From Callorhinchus milii (Eukaryota): 64,000 nt of DNA. Below, one piece after another: positions 11,690 to 22,915 of this stretch (its first letter is position 1; the number at the start of each line of letters is the position of its first letter). The stretch spans positions 35,776,001-35,840,000 of the forward strand of contig NW_024704743.1 in the NCBI RefSeq assembly GCF_018977255.1, given 5' to 3'. Under the pieces are notes generated by a model that saw only the letters and a program-made list of their open reading frames with translations, was not told the origin of the DNA and did no database searches. Made by a program: the position numbers and the translations under genes.

Positions 11690-12150
11690 AATTGCATCTA
11701 TAGTATCTGATTCAACCACCACTTTGGGCATTCAGTTTCATATTCTCCTTACCCTCCACGTGAAGTAGTTCCTCCTAAATTCTCTTTTAGATCCCCTAGT
11801 AACTATTTTATACTTATTATCTTAACCCTATTTTCTGATGGTGTACAGTGCATACATAGAATCTACAGCACCGAAACAACCTATTTGGCCCCTTCTCATT
11901 ACCCCTCTATACCTTCTTCGCATACCTCTCTATTCCCTTCTTCCTCATGAATGCCTTGAGTTTCCTCTTGTGTTGATGGTAGAGGCAGAGCACGGAAAGA
12001 TGCCACTTGGCTAATCGTGCCTGGGCCTAGGCCTCTATAAGAGCTATCGATTTGCTCTGACTCCCCGGCCCTTTCCTCACACCCTTTCATTTTTTTTATA
12101 TATATTTTTCCAATTCCCTTTTAAAAGCCATTACGGATTCTGCTTCAGCT
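11690..12150 (-). mobile_element. Degraded CR1 fragments
   Basis: accctccacgtgaagtagttcctcctaaattc, catagaatctacagcacc and tccaattcccttttaaaag are reverse complements of CR1 3' sequence. Confidence 0.55.
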
Positions 12151-12519
12151 GCAGTGTTTTGTGGGACAATAATCATCATGATCTGTCAGTGCTGTGAGCG
12201 GCAGTGATACTGATTCCACAGTAACCCAATGCTCGGCTCAGCTCTTTGATATCAACACCCCCGGAGTCTAGTTTCCGCCGTGTTTTATTCTCTCCACAGG
12301 CGGTGCTTTAAATGAAGAGCTCTGTGGCTCTGCAGCACTTTGAGATGCTATCTCGCGTGAAGAGCACTATATAAATGTAAGTTATAAATACAAGTTGTTG
12401 TTATGGCTAATCATTATTGGTGTTGGTAGAAATGGTGACCTTCTAATTCTGCCATCAATAATCTAGCAAACAAACCCATATAAAGTATATTTTACACCCC
12501 AAGTGATCAGAGCCCTCCC

Positions 12520-12750
12520 ATCCCACTACTTGAAAAGAGAAGGGAGATTTTCCCCCTTGTCCTGGTCAACAATTCCTCCATTGGTCACTTACTCCATGAC
12601 TGTTTTTTGCGACATTGCTATGTGCAAATTGGCGGCCATGTTTCCCCGCAAAAACACACAGTCACTGGATTTTACAGTATAAGCTGTGAAGCGGATATCC
12701 GGTTAATGAGGAAGGTGCTATTCCAAATGTAAGGATTATTATTATAATAA
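12520..12750 (+). mobile_element. Deu-domain SINE 3' half
   Basis: ttgaaaagagaagggag..tcctggtcaacaattcc..gtgcaaattggcggcc..aaatgtaagg(att)n. Confidence 0.7.
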
Positions 12751-13225
12751 CATTTTAGATTTGTTTTCTAATATTTTCCCAATTCCCTTTTGAAAGCTGC
12801 TCTGCGTTGCTGTGCTCTGCCCAGGATTTCCCAACAGGGGAAGGTAGATAAGTGAGTCAGAGTTGTGCCATCTTACCTAGTGCCATCTTAACATAGGCAC
12901 TTCTCAAAGCGTTTCGCAGAGTATATTGGAAAGTGATTTGACTGTATATTTTGTGGGCAAAATACAAAGCTTGAGTTAGTTCCTTCCTAGGGTGTGCATT
13001 AGTACAAGCAATTCAGGCCATTCTGATACAATATGTGGGCCAAAAAGCTTTCAGATCCTTGTGTCCTGTTTATACACATCTCCCCAGTGTACTTCTAGGC
13101 TGAATTAACAACCTATTAGAAAGCAATTGAAAGGACACAGAGTACAGTAGCAACACACTTCCTCCCTCTGCTCTCAGCGGGGCTGGAAATGTGTGTTATA
13201 TAGGCTTTGAGCAGACTTTCTTCAG

Positions 13226-13332
13226 AGTGCTGTGTGACTGGTGCTGTACTGTAATTCTCCTGTGGTTAGTTAGTGCTGTGTGACAGGTGCTGTACTGTGA
13301 TTCTCCTGTGGTTAGTTAGACCTGTGTGACTG
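13226..13332. repeat. Tandem duplication of about 46 bp
   Basis: gtgctgtgtgac(t/a)ggtgctgtactgt(a/g)attctcctgtggttagttag twice plus a partial third copy. Confidence 0.85.
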
Positions 13333-13717
13333 TGTGCTGTGGACAGACAATGTGGATTCTGTTTGCATTAGCCATAATAGATACGTGTTGATTTTTGTTG
13401 AGATGTCTTAATACAAAGCAGGGACTATTCATACCAAATCATAGGAACTTTGGGTCAATGTGACGTGCTCGGAGTTTACATTCAGATTACTTATTTAGAA
13501 ATCCTGTTAGAAAGTACTGCATCTCACACCATAAGTGTCTCATGTATGTCACTGCATTCTGCACTCTAAAGCGATCAGACATTAGAACTAGCCTGTACGT
13601 TCCTCTTGAATTTGTTGATATCTGGCATGAAAATTCAAGTATCTTGAGGTTGATTTTATGTGGTGGTGGGAGAGGATAAAGAAGTGCAAATGATTGAGCA
13701 CTTGGCTGGCATCGTTG

Positions 13718-13870
13718 TAACAACAACTTGCATTTATACATCTCCCTTCACACAGGGTAATGTCTCGAGCGCTGGACAGGATTGAATACTGAGCAAGGGA
13801 GGGAGGAAGGGGAAGATGTGCCATAGGCATGGTTGAAAGTGATAATTTTTAAGGTGGGATTTAAAGACAG
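13718..13870 (-). mobile_element. L2 3' fragment
   Basis: aacaacaacttgcatttatac... is the reverse complement of the L2 tail. Confidence 0.6.
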
Positions 13871-16420
13871 AGAGTATCTAAAATGTGTGTTTTCTATTTT
13901 GTATCTTAAGACGTGCTGGGTGTTGCAAGCGGTTGGAGCATGCCAGGGGCAGCGTGCTAGGATCACAGATGTGCCATCGCGGTGAATTTCCTCATTCAGT
14001 AATATCTTAGAGACTGTATCTAGAGTCGGGGTGGGGTGGAGATTCCGAGGTTGTTTGAAGCTGGGTCTCTCTCACGCACCTTTACATGGCCAGTTAATAT
14101 TAAGTGTTTTATAATATTAACTAACATCCTCCTATGTTCTAAAAGAGGCAGTAACCTGTGCTCCCGATGTGAAAGTGCGACATCCATGTAAGTTGTATTG
14201 CAATCCGTGCTGGATGCAGTTCTTGTGGTGCCCAGCACCCTCCAGTATCTCACCTGAATTCATGCCCACTCTTCACGTGCCTGGATATTTAGCAGGCTCT
14301 TCAACTGGGGCGTGGGGGTGGGGGATGGGAATCGAGTGGGAGGGACAGGATATTAAGGATACTGCAGTGGATGTTTGGAAAGGTAAACTGAGCCAGGCGG
14401 GAGGAACCTGACAGTCTCTGCTGAAAAGTGATTGTGTGGATCAGGTTTTGCTGTCAGTGGTCATTTGAGAGAGAGCTGTCAGAGTGTGGTTGACACCCGT
14501 GGAACCATTCCCTAGGCCAGGTACTTAGGAAGTAGAGGTTCTAATGATAGGAGAGGGATAGATACTTGGGAAGTAGCGGTTTTAAAGGTTATGGGGAAAT
14601 GTGGAAAAAGTCATGCCCCCATAGACAGAGACAGACAGAGAGAGAGAGAGAGAGAGAAAGACCAATGCAGAGAAACAGGAGAGAGAGCATTACTTGCCAA
14701 AAAAATGTAATTGTGATCTATTTGCAAGATGCTTGGACAATATTTTTTGCACAAGTTTTTATTTGGAGGCCATTGAGAGATTGAAAGATCTGTCAGCAGA
14801 TCCGACAGAAGGACAGCTGTAAGCTGATTTTTTTTGGTGGGTTCAGCCCATGCCATCTGTGTGCGTGTCAGAGGTTATGTAGAAAGTGTTGGAGGATGAC
14901 TCGTGGGCTCTGTGAAGGCTCATCGCTGGTTGCATGCGAGCGGTGCAGACAGTGCAGTCATTGTGAAGGTCGTCGCGGAGGCTGACGGGAGAATCAGCGC
15001 TTGATGGATGAGGAATTTACAGAGGAGCAGTGGTTTTTGCCTGCGAGGCTGTCTCAGGCGCTCCACAGAAGTGAAAGATGCCTCAGTGAAGTGTTACAGG
15101 ACAGAATCAACTCAGCCCACTGCTGCTAAGAGCATTTGGACAAAAAAGATGTGCGAGCGGACGTTTTTATAGGTCTTTTTCCCCCAATGAGTCTTAACAC
15201 CACTGCCCCGCGCATGCAGAATTGTTCCTGATGTTTACAGATCTCACACTGGAGGAAGTTCGGGTCAATAGTGGGCCGGCTGTGCCAGGGCTGGGGCAAT
15301 GGTGCACTATGTGGAGAGAGGCTCCTCAGATTGGCTGGCACAGTCCCGAGCAGCCATAGGTCCTCTGCATTGGCTTGGCTCTCATAGTAACAAGTCTGTG
15401 ATGGATTGTCTTGCTCCAGACGTTGTACCTTCTTGCACGGGGGGGTAAAAAGGCAGCAATTAATATGGTGACTGGGGATTTTGTCTGACAGCAGAGATTC
15501 AGGCTGAGGGCCCAGCAAGTGCTCAGCAGCAACTGGAAAAGATTACTGCAGCGGTCTGATTCTCACAGTCAGGATGGTGTCGGTGGGCATCGGGGGTGGA
15601 GGTGTAAGATTTAGGGCTGAGAGATGTGTTAAACAGGAGAAATGGGAAATTGCATGCAAGGATCTCTGTCTGATTTGGATACAAGGTGGTGGGTTTCTGC
15701 ACATGTCAGATTCCCTACTGGCTCCCCCAAGGGCTAGTGGATAACTTAGCTTCCCTTTGATCAACTAACTCGGATTGCACGAGGGACAAATTATTGAGAA
15801 TGCTGCGGGGAGTGGGGGCTGGTGGGAACAGCCTACTTGCCTCCTGGTGTTCACCCATCCAGATCAGGAGATTCCCCCTACGACCCTCAATGCTTTGTCC
15901 CTGGTCTAATGCAAGGTATCTGATCACAGACGGAGGGAAGTTCCTCAGAGTCCATTGGTAATGGAGATGAAATGTCAAGTGGCCAGGGTTGCACACTCCT
16001 GGTGCCTACCCATGGCAAGTGCTTTTGTGTGGATATTGGGTAAGGATGGGATGGGGCTCAGCTGCCTTGCCTCCACAGGCTTGTCGACGTACTGTGTTCA
16101 GGCCACTGTTAGTGTAGAAACGCCTGTGCCCATGTAGGTGTACCCACTGACCCCGCTACCTTCAGAGTAGTACAGGGTGATCCCGTTAGAATGCGCCTCA
16201 GTTGAGAGCACAGGCCTATTTTGGACCGGCTCTGTACCAGAGGTACAGTAAAATGTTTCTGACCAGCTGGCATCACACACTAAAAAATGCCAACCTGGTT
16301 GTCAGGTCGCCACTTTGCGTAGGAAGTGACATAAGTAGTGCTTCTTGTACATAGTGACCAAGAAGTGATGTCAGCAGCGACTCGACGACACAGCCATCAA
16401 TCTCTCCTTCGTTCACTCTT

Positions 16421-16776
16421 GTCACATAGTGTAATGGTTAGCACACCCGCCTCGGAAGCGAGAGGCCCCGGGTTTGATTCCCGGGTGGGGTGAAACTTTA
16501 GATAAGTTTCCTTACTCTACACGCCTCTGTTTACCCAGCAGCAAGTAGGAACCCGGTTGTTAGTCGATTGGGGGATAACGTTCCAGGAGTAATAACCCCT
16601 TTTTAAAAAAAGTTTGGTCACTCAATCCATCACTGTTTGTGGGACACTGCTGTGCTCAATTGGCTGCCGCATTTCACCCACAAAATACATAGTCGATTCA
16701 CTTTACAATATATCCTGTGAAACGCTTTGAGACGTCTCACCAAAATGATGAGGCACTGTATCAAATGCAAGGATTA
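16421..16776 (+). mobile_element. Variant tRNA-derived SINE with a different head and a longer central domain
   Basis: A box tagtgtaatgg, B box ggtttgattcc, aagtttccttactctacacgcct shared with the young family, about 60 extra nt, same 3' module. Confidence 0.85.
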
Positions 16777-17389
16777 CGCTTTTACGCTTCATTATAAATG
16801 AGCCTTTGAGATATTGTACCTGGCTGATCACACAAGGGTTGCCCTATGCTAAGGGAGAAATCAGACAAGGAATCTGTATTTACACAATCTGGGATTAGGA
16901 TTCTTCCAAATACAGGCCATCATTAGCTGGTCCAGTAGCTGTCACGTGACCAGGTTTTATGGTTATACACAAGTCACTGAGGGAATGGAGGGGGAGGTTG
17001 TGCAGTATTGTTGAGTTACAGCATGCGTTTATTTTGTGAATCCTGTGCAAAAAAAAATCTTGTGCGGGGTGGGGAGAGGGCGAATAGAAGGTCTAGTCAC
17101 AGATACTGGAAATCCAAAATACAAACAGAAAATAATGGAATTGCACATCGGGTCAATCAGCATCGGAAAGAGAAAGGCTGAGCTCAGCGTTCTGGCTGAG
17201 ACCCTCTATCACAATCCGCAGTAATTTATCAGGTTGCCATTATAAGTAGATAGTTTGTCTCCACAGAGGAGAGCTGTAAGCGTGCATTTAGCAGCTGCCG
17301 TTAGAACTGCCCTATTTTTCAGTATTGTGTTTAAACACATGCTGCGCGAAGCCTCTCGGCTGTTGGTACTGTCCCCCTCCCCCTGCCCG

Positions 17390-17660
17390 ATATCGAAACT
17401 CGCTACCTCTGCTTGGCAGGCTCTGGCCTCCTGCACGTCCCTCGTGCCCCTGCTCCACTTTCAGCCACTATGCCCAGAAGCTTTGAAACTCACTCCCCCA
17501 ATCCCTCTGTCTTGCCCCTTCCTTCCCCTCTCTTAGATCATGACTGAAGGCATTCCTCCCTCCCCCCGGCTCAGAGTCAGGCTCCGCCACTGTTAAACAC
17601 TCTGAGTTGATGCCCAGTGTGAAGGGTACCATATAAATACAAGTAGTTTTTGTTTTAAAC
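17390..17660 (+). mobile_element. L2 3' fragment
   Basis: ctctggcctcctgcacgtccct..ttcagccactatgccc..gtgaagggtaccatataaatacaagt. Confidence 0.6.
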
Positions 17661-19163
17661 AAGGATTTTCATTTGACTTGGGATCCATTTAAATGCAGGG
17701 AAAAGCCTCAGTGACCCTATTTGTCTGATCCCGAGTGAGATTGAACATGCGACTCTGGACAATATGGGGTTGGTGCCTCTCCTTTATCCACTCGGCTGTC
17801 AGGGCCGCCACATGCATTTGTTTGAATATTTGCAGAGCTTCATCCCCTCACTGCCTTCCTCTGTCGATTGGAGTGCACCAGGAGCTTGAGCTGTGTCAGG
17901 AATTACCACTAATTAAGCACCGAGATAAGACACTGCACCATCATCAGGCAAGAAATATTGTAAAGTCACTTGCGATAGTAGGGATTGAAAGCATTTGACC
18001 CTTACCCTCCCTCCCCCCTCCCAACCATTACTGAAGTTGCTGCCTGAGCAACAAAGGAGCAAGAGAGGGAAACAAAGTGACTTGGTTTTTTTTTTTACCT
18101 GTGTACTGCTGAGAGCAGTGTGATGTTGATGGAAAGTGACAGGGCCTAAACTGAGGTGGACAAATCTCGTAAGGCCTGGAGAGCCTGTAACTTCATCCCC
18201 CAGCGGCAGGATTGGATTTACAATGACCTCTATTGTCCTTGAGCCCAGTTTGCAGCCAAGGTGGCAGGCAATTAGCCTAAGCTTTGGGAGTGGCCTACGA
18301 GTTTAGTGTCTGGAGCTGATAAAAGCCCTTGTGTCTTTTATGGTGGGTCCTTTGATGGTGGTTTAATTTCATTTGGTTCTGAGTATTCAGGTTGCGCCTG
18401 TGTCAACAGGTGTTAGATGCTGAAAGCAGCAGTATTTTTTAAAAAAAGCAGCTCCTGCGTTGGGTGTTACATGGAAGTCCGTCCCCCTGTAGCTCTGTGA
18501 CTGATACGTCTGACTTTATTCGAATGCTGGAAATCCATGTGGCATGCAAACAGCCTGCCTTAACATGCAGCAGTCACTGCCTCAGTCTGTCACAAGCTTT
18601 AAACGCATCCACATCCTACTCCTTCTTTCTCAGGACGGGGCGAGGGGTGGGTGGAGGGCTGACAATTCAGATATTTTGTAAAACTTAATATGGGGGGGAA
18701 AAAAACAATAAAAATATCTGTTTTTAAACTTCCTTTGAGTGAGGGAGTCCTGGCAAGGAAAGTCTAGAAATGTTGGAGGTTCCTCGGGGGGGCAGTGGAG
18801 CGAGTCTACTGAGCCAGTCGTTGCGACACGGAGAGTGATCAGTACAGCCTCACTCTCCACGTCTCAGTGTGTTTGCTACAGGGAATGGCTTTCTCATCAC
18901 GATGACTTGTGAAACCTTGGCTCCGACACAACACATGTCTTGAGCATTTTTCAGTGGCAATGTGCCACTGACTCTACCTGCTTCACTGCACTGGGAGTAA
19001 GGAGAGTTTCCCCTTGTGTGCATGTCAGATGGGTATTTTTAGCAAAAACATGGTAAAGGACGACATAGGAGTTTGTTATGCAGTTTTAACTTGGCGACAT
19101 TAGGGTGACAGTATTATCCTGGTAAATTGGGGGACTGTGGGGAGACAAGGTCTGTGAATTCGC

Positions 19164-19182
19164 TGGCACCTCCTGGTGGCCA
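19164..19182 (-). promoter_or_regulatory. Candidate CTCF site
   Basis: Minus strand reads TGGCCACCAGGAGGTGCCA, close to the consensus TGGCCACCAGGGGGCGCTA. Motif match only. Confidence 0.5.
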
Positions 19183-19208
19183 GCTACAGGAGGTACTGAT
19201 GGTAGCTT

Positions 19209-19540
19209 GTGGAGTCCTGTAGCTCAGTGGTTAGAGCACTCGCTTTGCAAGTGAGAGACCTGAGTTCAATTCCAGGCAGGGCGAAACCTTGGGCAAGTTT
19301 CCTTACTCCACACGCCTAATAATAATCCCTCCAAAAAACCCAAAACAATAATTAAATTGGTAATTTTCAATCTACGACTGTTTGTGGGACATTGCTGTGC
19401 GCAATTGGCTGCCGCGTTCGCCCACAAATATACAGTCAATTCACTTTACAGTGTGTTCTGTGAAGCGCTTTGGGACGTCCTCCTGACGTGAAAAGCGCTA
19501 TATCAAATGCAAGGATTATTATTATTATTATTATTATTAT
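19209..19540 (+). mobile_element. Full-length young tRNA-Ala(TGC)-like SINE with L2-type tail
   Basis: A box TAGCTCAGTGG, anticodon-like arm CTCGC-TTTGCAA-GTGAG, B box GAGTTCAATTCC, tail ATCAAATGCAAGG(ATT)n. Nearly identical to copies at 27189, 39365, 41811 and 58839. Confidence 0.93.
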
Positions 19541-19594
19541 AGCTGGCGAAATAAAGAGCAGTAAGGTTGGGTATCCTGGATTCCTCAGAGGAGA

Positions 19595-20040
19595 ATAATA
19601 ATAAATAATAATCCTTACATTTGTTATAGCGCCTTATCATGTCAAGATGTCTGACAGCACTTCACAGGATATACTGTAAAGTGGTATCACTGTGTAAACA
19701 CGGCAGCCATTTGTGCACAGCATTGTATCACAAACAGCCATGAAGTGAATGAACAATTTTATCTGGGTGATTGTTGGCCAGGACACCGGGCGAAACTCCC
19801 TTATCCTTTTGAATTCTGCCATGGGATGTTTAAAGTCCACCTGGGCAGGCAGATGGGACCTCGGTTTAATGTCTCATCGGATAATACTTATCTAAAGGAT
19901 GGGGCCTCCAACAAATGCAGGGCTTCTGCAGCACTGCATTGTAGTAGCAGCGTTGACGGTGAGTTCAGAGCCCTGACCTGGAGCTTGAAAACCGCAATCT
20001 TCTGACTTAAGAGTTTGAGTGCTACCAACCGAGCCAGAAC
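19595..20040 (-). mobile_element. Near full-length Deu-domain SINE, antisense
   Basis: tgccatgggatgtttaaagtccac..ggacctcggtttaatgtctcatcgga is the reverse complement of the Deu core. Confidence 0.8.
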
Positions 20041-20421
20041 TGACCGAGCCAGTACGTCGGCTGCATATATCTTCCAGCAGACTGAATCCTGATCCTAGTG
20101 TGAAGCTTGAGGTAGAATTCTGATTTTTAGAATCGATATGAACTGTTAAAGACACGTCCAACGTATCTGAGTCACACGTGTTCTCTGAAGGGAGAAAGGA
20201 GGGGGAGCTATCCTGCACTGTTACTGGTAACACATGATGAGGAGATGAGAAGGATTCTCAGCATTCCTTCCCCTCCCTGTTGCCATTTTCCAGTCCAGGA
20301 TACTGATCTCCTTTGATGCTTTTGATTTCTTCCTCCTCATTCCATCTCTTCTACTTCAGAAACAATTTGATGTCTCTGTTCTCCTAATGGAAATACGTTG
20401 CACTCTCACTCTCTGGTCTTT

Positions 20422-20970
20422 CTTCACGGGTAAGCCTTGACAGAGAATCTACCCTGAGTGGGGGTGGGGTGGGGGGTGGGGAGAGGAAGAAAACACAGCA
20501 GCCGAGCCAGAATCCTGGCACTCACGTGCACCTCCAACTGGGATCGCTTGATGGTGATCAAAAACAGGAACCTCGTATTGTATTATTATTATTATATTTC
20601 CGTGTTACCCCGGCTGAGATGAGCTAACTCAAAGCAGGCCACCAATTGACCCTGTGCTGGTTGACATAGTATCCCTCTACTCACTGGATAAACTCTCTGT
20701 TTGGTTCTACAACATAAAGTGCACAAGTGGTACAGCGGAAGGTCTGCAAAGAGCAGTTAATACAAATGCTGAATTGTGCAGAAGTTGAATGGAAATGCAC
20801 TGGGCTTATGATATGAAGGGGGAAATACAAGGTTCCTGTTTTTGATCACCAGCAAGTGATCCCAGTTGGAGGTGCACGTGAGTGGACAGGATCTGGCTCG
20901 GCTGCTGTGTTTTCTTCCCCCCCCCCACCACTCAGGGTAGATTTGCTGTCAAGGCTCATTCATGCTGAAG
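20422..20970. repeat. Inverted repeat, arms about 20422-20579 and 20824-20970, derived from an ancient SINE-like family (possibly AmnSINE2-like)
   Basis: The arms are reverse complements over about 150 nt with few mismatches. Related, more diverged copies lie at 22330-22630, 26930-27100, 45180-45400 and 49690-49935. Confidence 0.88.
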
Positions 20971-21047
20971 ACGTTTCTGTTCACAATATAAACACAAAAG
21001 GCAGCAGATAACCTGAGGTTATGTGGAAACAAAACAATAATTTTATA

Positions 21048-21351
21048 TACAGTGAATACCAACACCTATATTTGCTCGAGTCCTGTTATAAAACATAGTT
21101 TTTTGGGGGTCCATAAAACCCCCAACCAGAGTTATAATGGGATGCGATCGCGAGCCAGCTCACAGAAAGCTGCCCGACTCCCATCACATTTCATATGTTA
21201 TGTTTTGAAGCATGATGTTATGATTGAAAGTGTGATGCACACCAGTGGGCCGTCCAGCTTTCTGCATGTATTTGGGATTCTTTGGTAAGGAAATATCCTA
21301 TAACTGAACCTGTGTTATACCAGAGAGTGTTATAACGGAGTTCTATTGTAC
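21048..21351. mobile_element. Possible Tc1/mariner-pogo (Tigger-like) MITE remnant
   Basis: Begins taCAGTGAA and ends TTCTATTGta, with repeated internal GTTATA(A/C) motifs. Degraded. Confidence 0.4.
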
Positions 21352-21404
21352 TTATAGATCTGTTATAATGTTAATAATGCCTGTTTCTCTCTCTCTATTT
21401 TTGT

Positions 21405-21589
21405 GATTAAAAAAAACTGATAAATTAGTCACTTCAATCCACGGCCGTTTGTGGGACACTGCTTTGCGCAATTGGCTGCTATGTTTCGCCCCCAAAATAT
21501 ACGGCCAATCAACTTCACAGTATATTCTTTGAGATGTCTCAACTAGGTGATAAGGTGCTATATAAATGCAACGATTGTTATTATTATTA
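21405..21589 (+). mobile_element. SINE 3' module
   Basis: ttcaatccacggccgtttgtgggacact...tataaatgcaacg(att)n. Confidence 0.8.
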
Positions 21590-22017
21590 CCTCAGCTGTG
21601 AGGTATTTACTTTATATCCTCGTTCTGTGTCATGGTTGAGAAGTTGGGATCTAAAAATTGAGATTTGCGATAAGTGAAACCTCCAGGATCCTGGATGTGT
21701 CTCAGGCTTTCCCTCTGGAACTCCGCTTGAACGATAATCATGGATTCAAGTTTGTGAACCTGGATTGTAGCCAAGGGCGGCTCCTGGTGGCGGGGGCGAG
21801 ATTGGATTCCAAATGAAGCTCCAGAAGGTTCAACCTGAGGCACATCGGGTACCTACAGATATCAGCCTGTGAATGTGGTATGTGACCCCCATGAAATAGA
21901 GGCACCTTTATTTGTAACACACCAAGGTGTGCCTCTAGTGGCGTGTTAGAATGACGGTGAAACCTCTTCCTGCGTGTCCATGCACTGACAGCATATCCAA
22001 TTGGTCTTTTTGTTCAG

Positions 22018-22207
22018 GTGTAACCTGTGCTGCATTTCCTTTAAGACACACCGTGGTTTGCTGCGTCACAATGCCATAATCCACAAGCAGCTTCCCACGG
22101 ACGCTTTGGGAAAACCTTACATCCAGAATAATCCCACCATTCCTGTGGGCTTCCACGATCTTGGATTCATCGATTTCTCCTGCAGGAAGTTCCCCCTCAT
22201 CTCTCAG
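22018..22207 (+). CDS. RREB1: RREB1 coding exon, one C2H2 finger
   Basis: ttgttcAG|G...TCTCAG|GTgatc. Translates [26 protein letters not shown]...[20 protein letters not shown], a characteristic RREB1 segment. Confidence 0.96.
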
Positions 22208-22915
22208 GTGATCTTAGTGAATCATTTCTGATTGCTGACTGTGTCCAGGCTTGTTTTTCTCTCCTTATTGTCTTTCCTTCCCTTGAAGTTGAGTCCTGCT
22301 GGGATAGACTTATATGGCTAGCAGCCCTTCAATAACCCACTACGTTGGGCCTGAGCAGTGAGTATCCTCGGTGTTTGCAATGCGGTATACCAGGCTGATT
22401 GAGTCCTACCCTCAACTGGCAATCAAACACGAGCACTATCCAGAGGAGTCACTGGATAGCAATGAGGATAAGAAACTTGGGACGGATATCAGTTTTCCTT
22501 TGGGTCTATGACCCAGCACACCCAGATTGCGATCTGCAAATTCATTACAGTCTGGGAATCGAAAGCAGCATTACAGACTAGGGATGAAGCCTGGGATTTT
22601 CCTGATTTTTATTTGGCTCATTACCACACCACAATGTACAACAAGTGGAGCTTTCTGAAGTATATTTTGGCATGATGAATGCACATCAAAAAACACAGAT
22701 TAAAACATTTTATAGGTAGCAGTAAAGCAGCAAGAAAAATTAAGGATTGTCTGATACAAGAGCCTTCTTACTTTCTTAAAGGGTGAATCCATCTTAGAAA
22801 TCTTTTGAAGTAAGTGGCTGAAAATTTGGGTTTACAGTCATCCAGATTATTCCTAACAAATGTAGGACATCACATTTCAGTAGTTAGTTGAAATTCTGAG
22901 GGAGCAAACACCGCT

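Noticed and set aside
19209..19280. tRNA-Ala(TGC) gene
   Set aside because: No 3' acceptor strand; it continues into a repeated SINE body. The same applies to the copies at 16421, 27189, 39365, 42060 and 59080.
22670..22756. C/D box snoRNA (ATGATGA...CTGA)
   Set aside because: No terminal stem and no recognisable rRNA guide; expected by chance.
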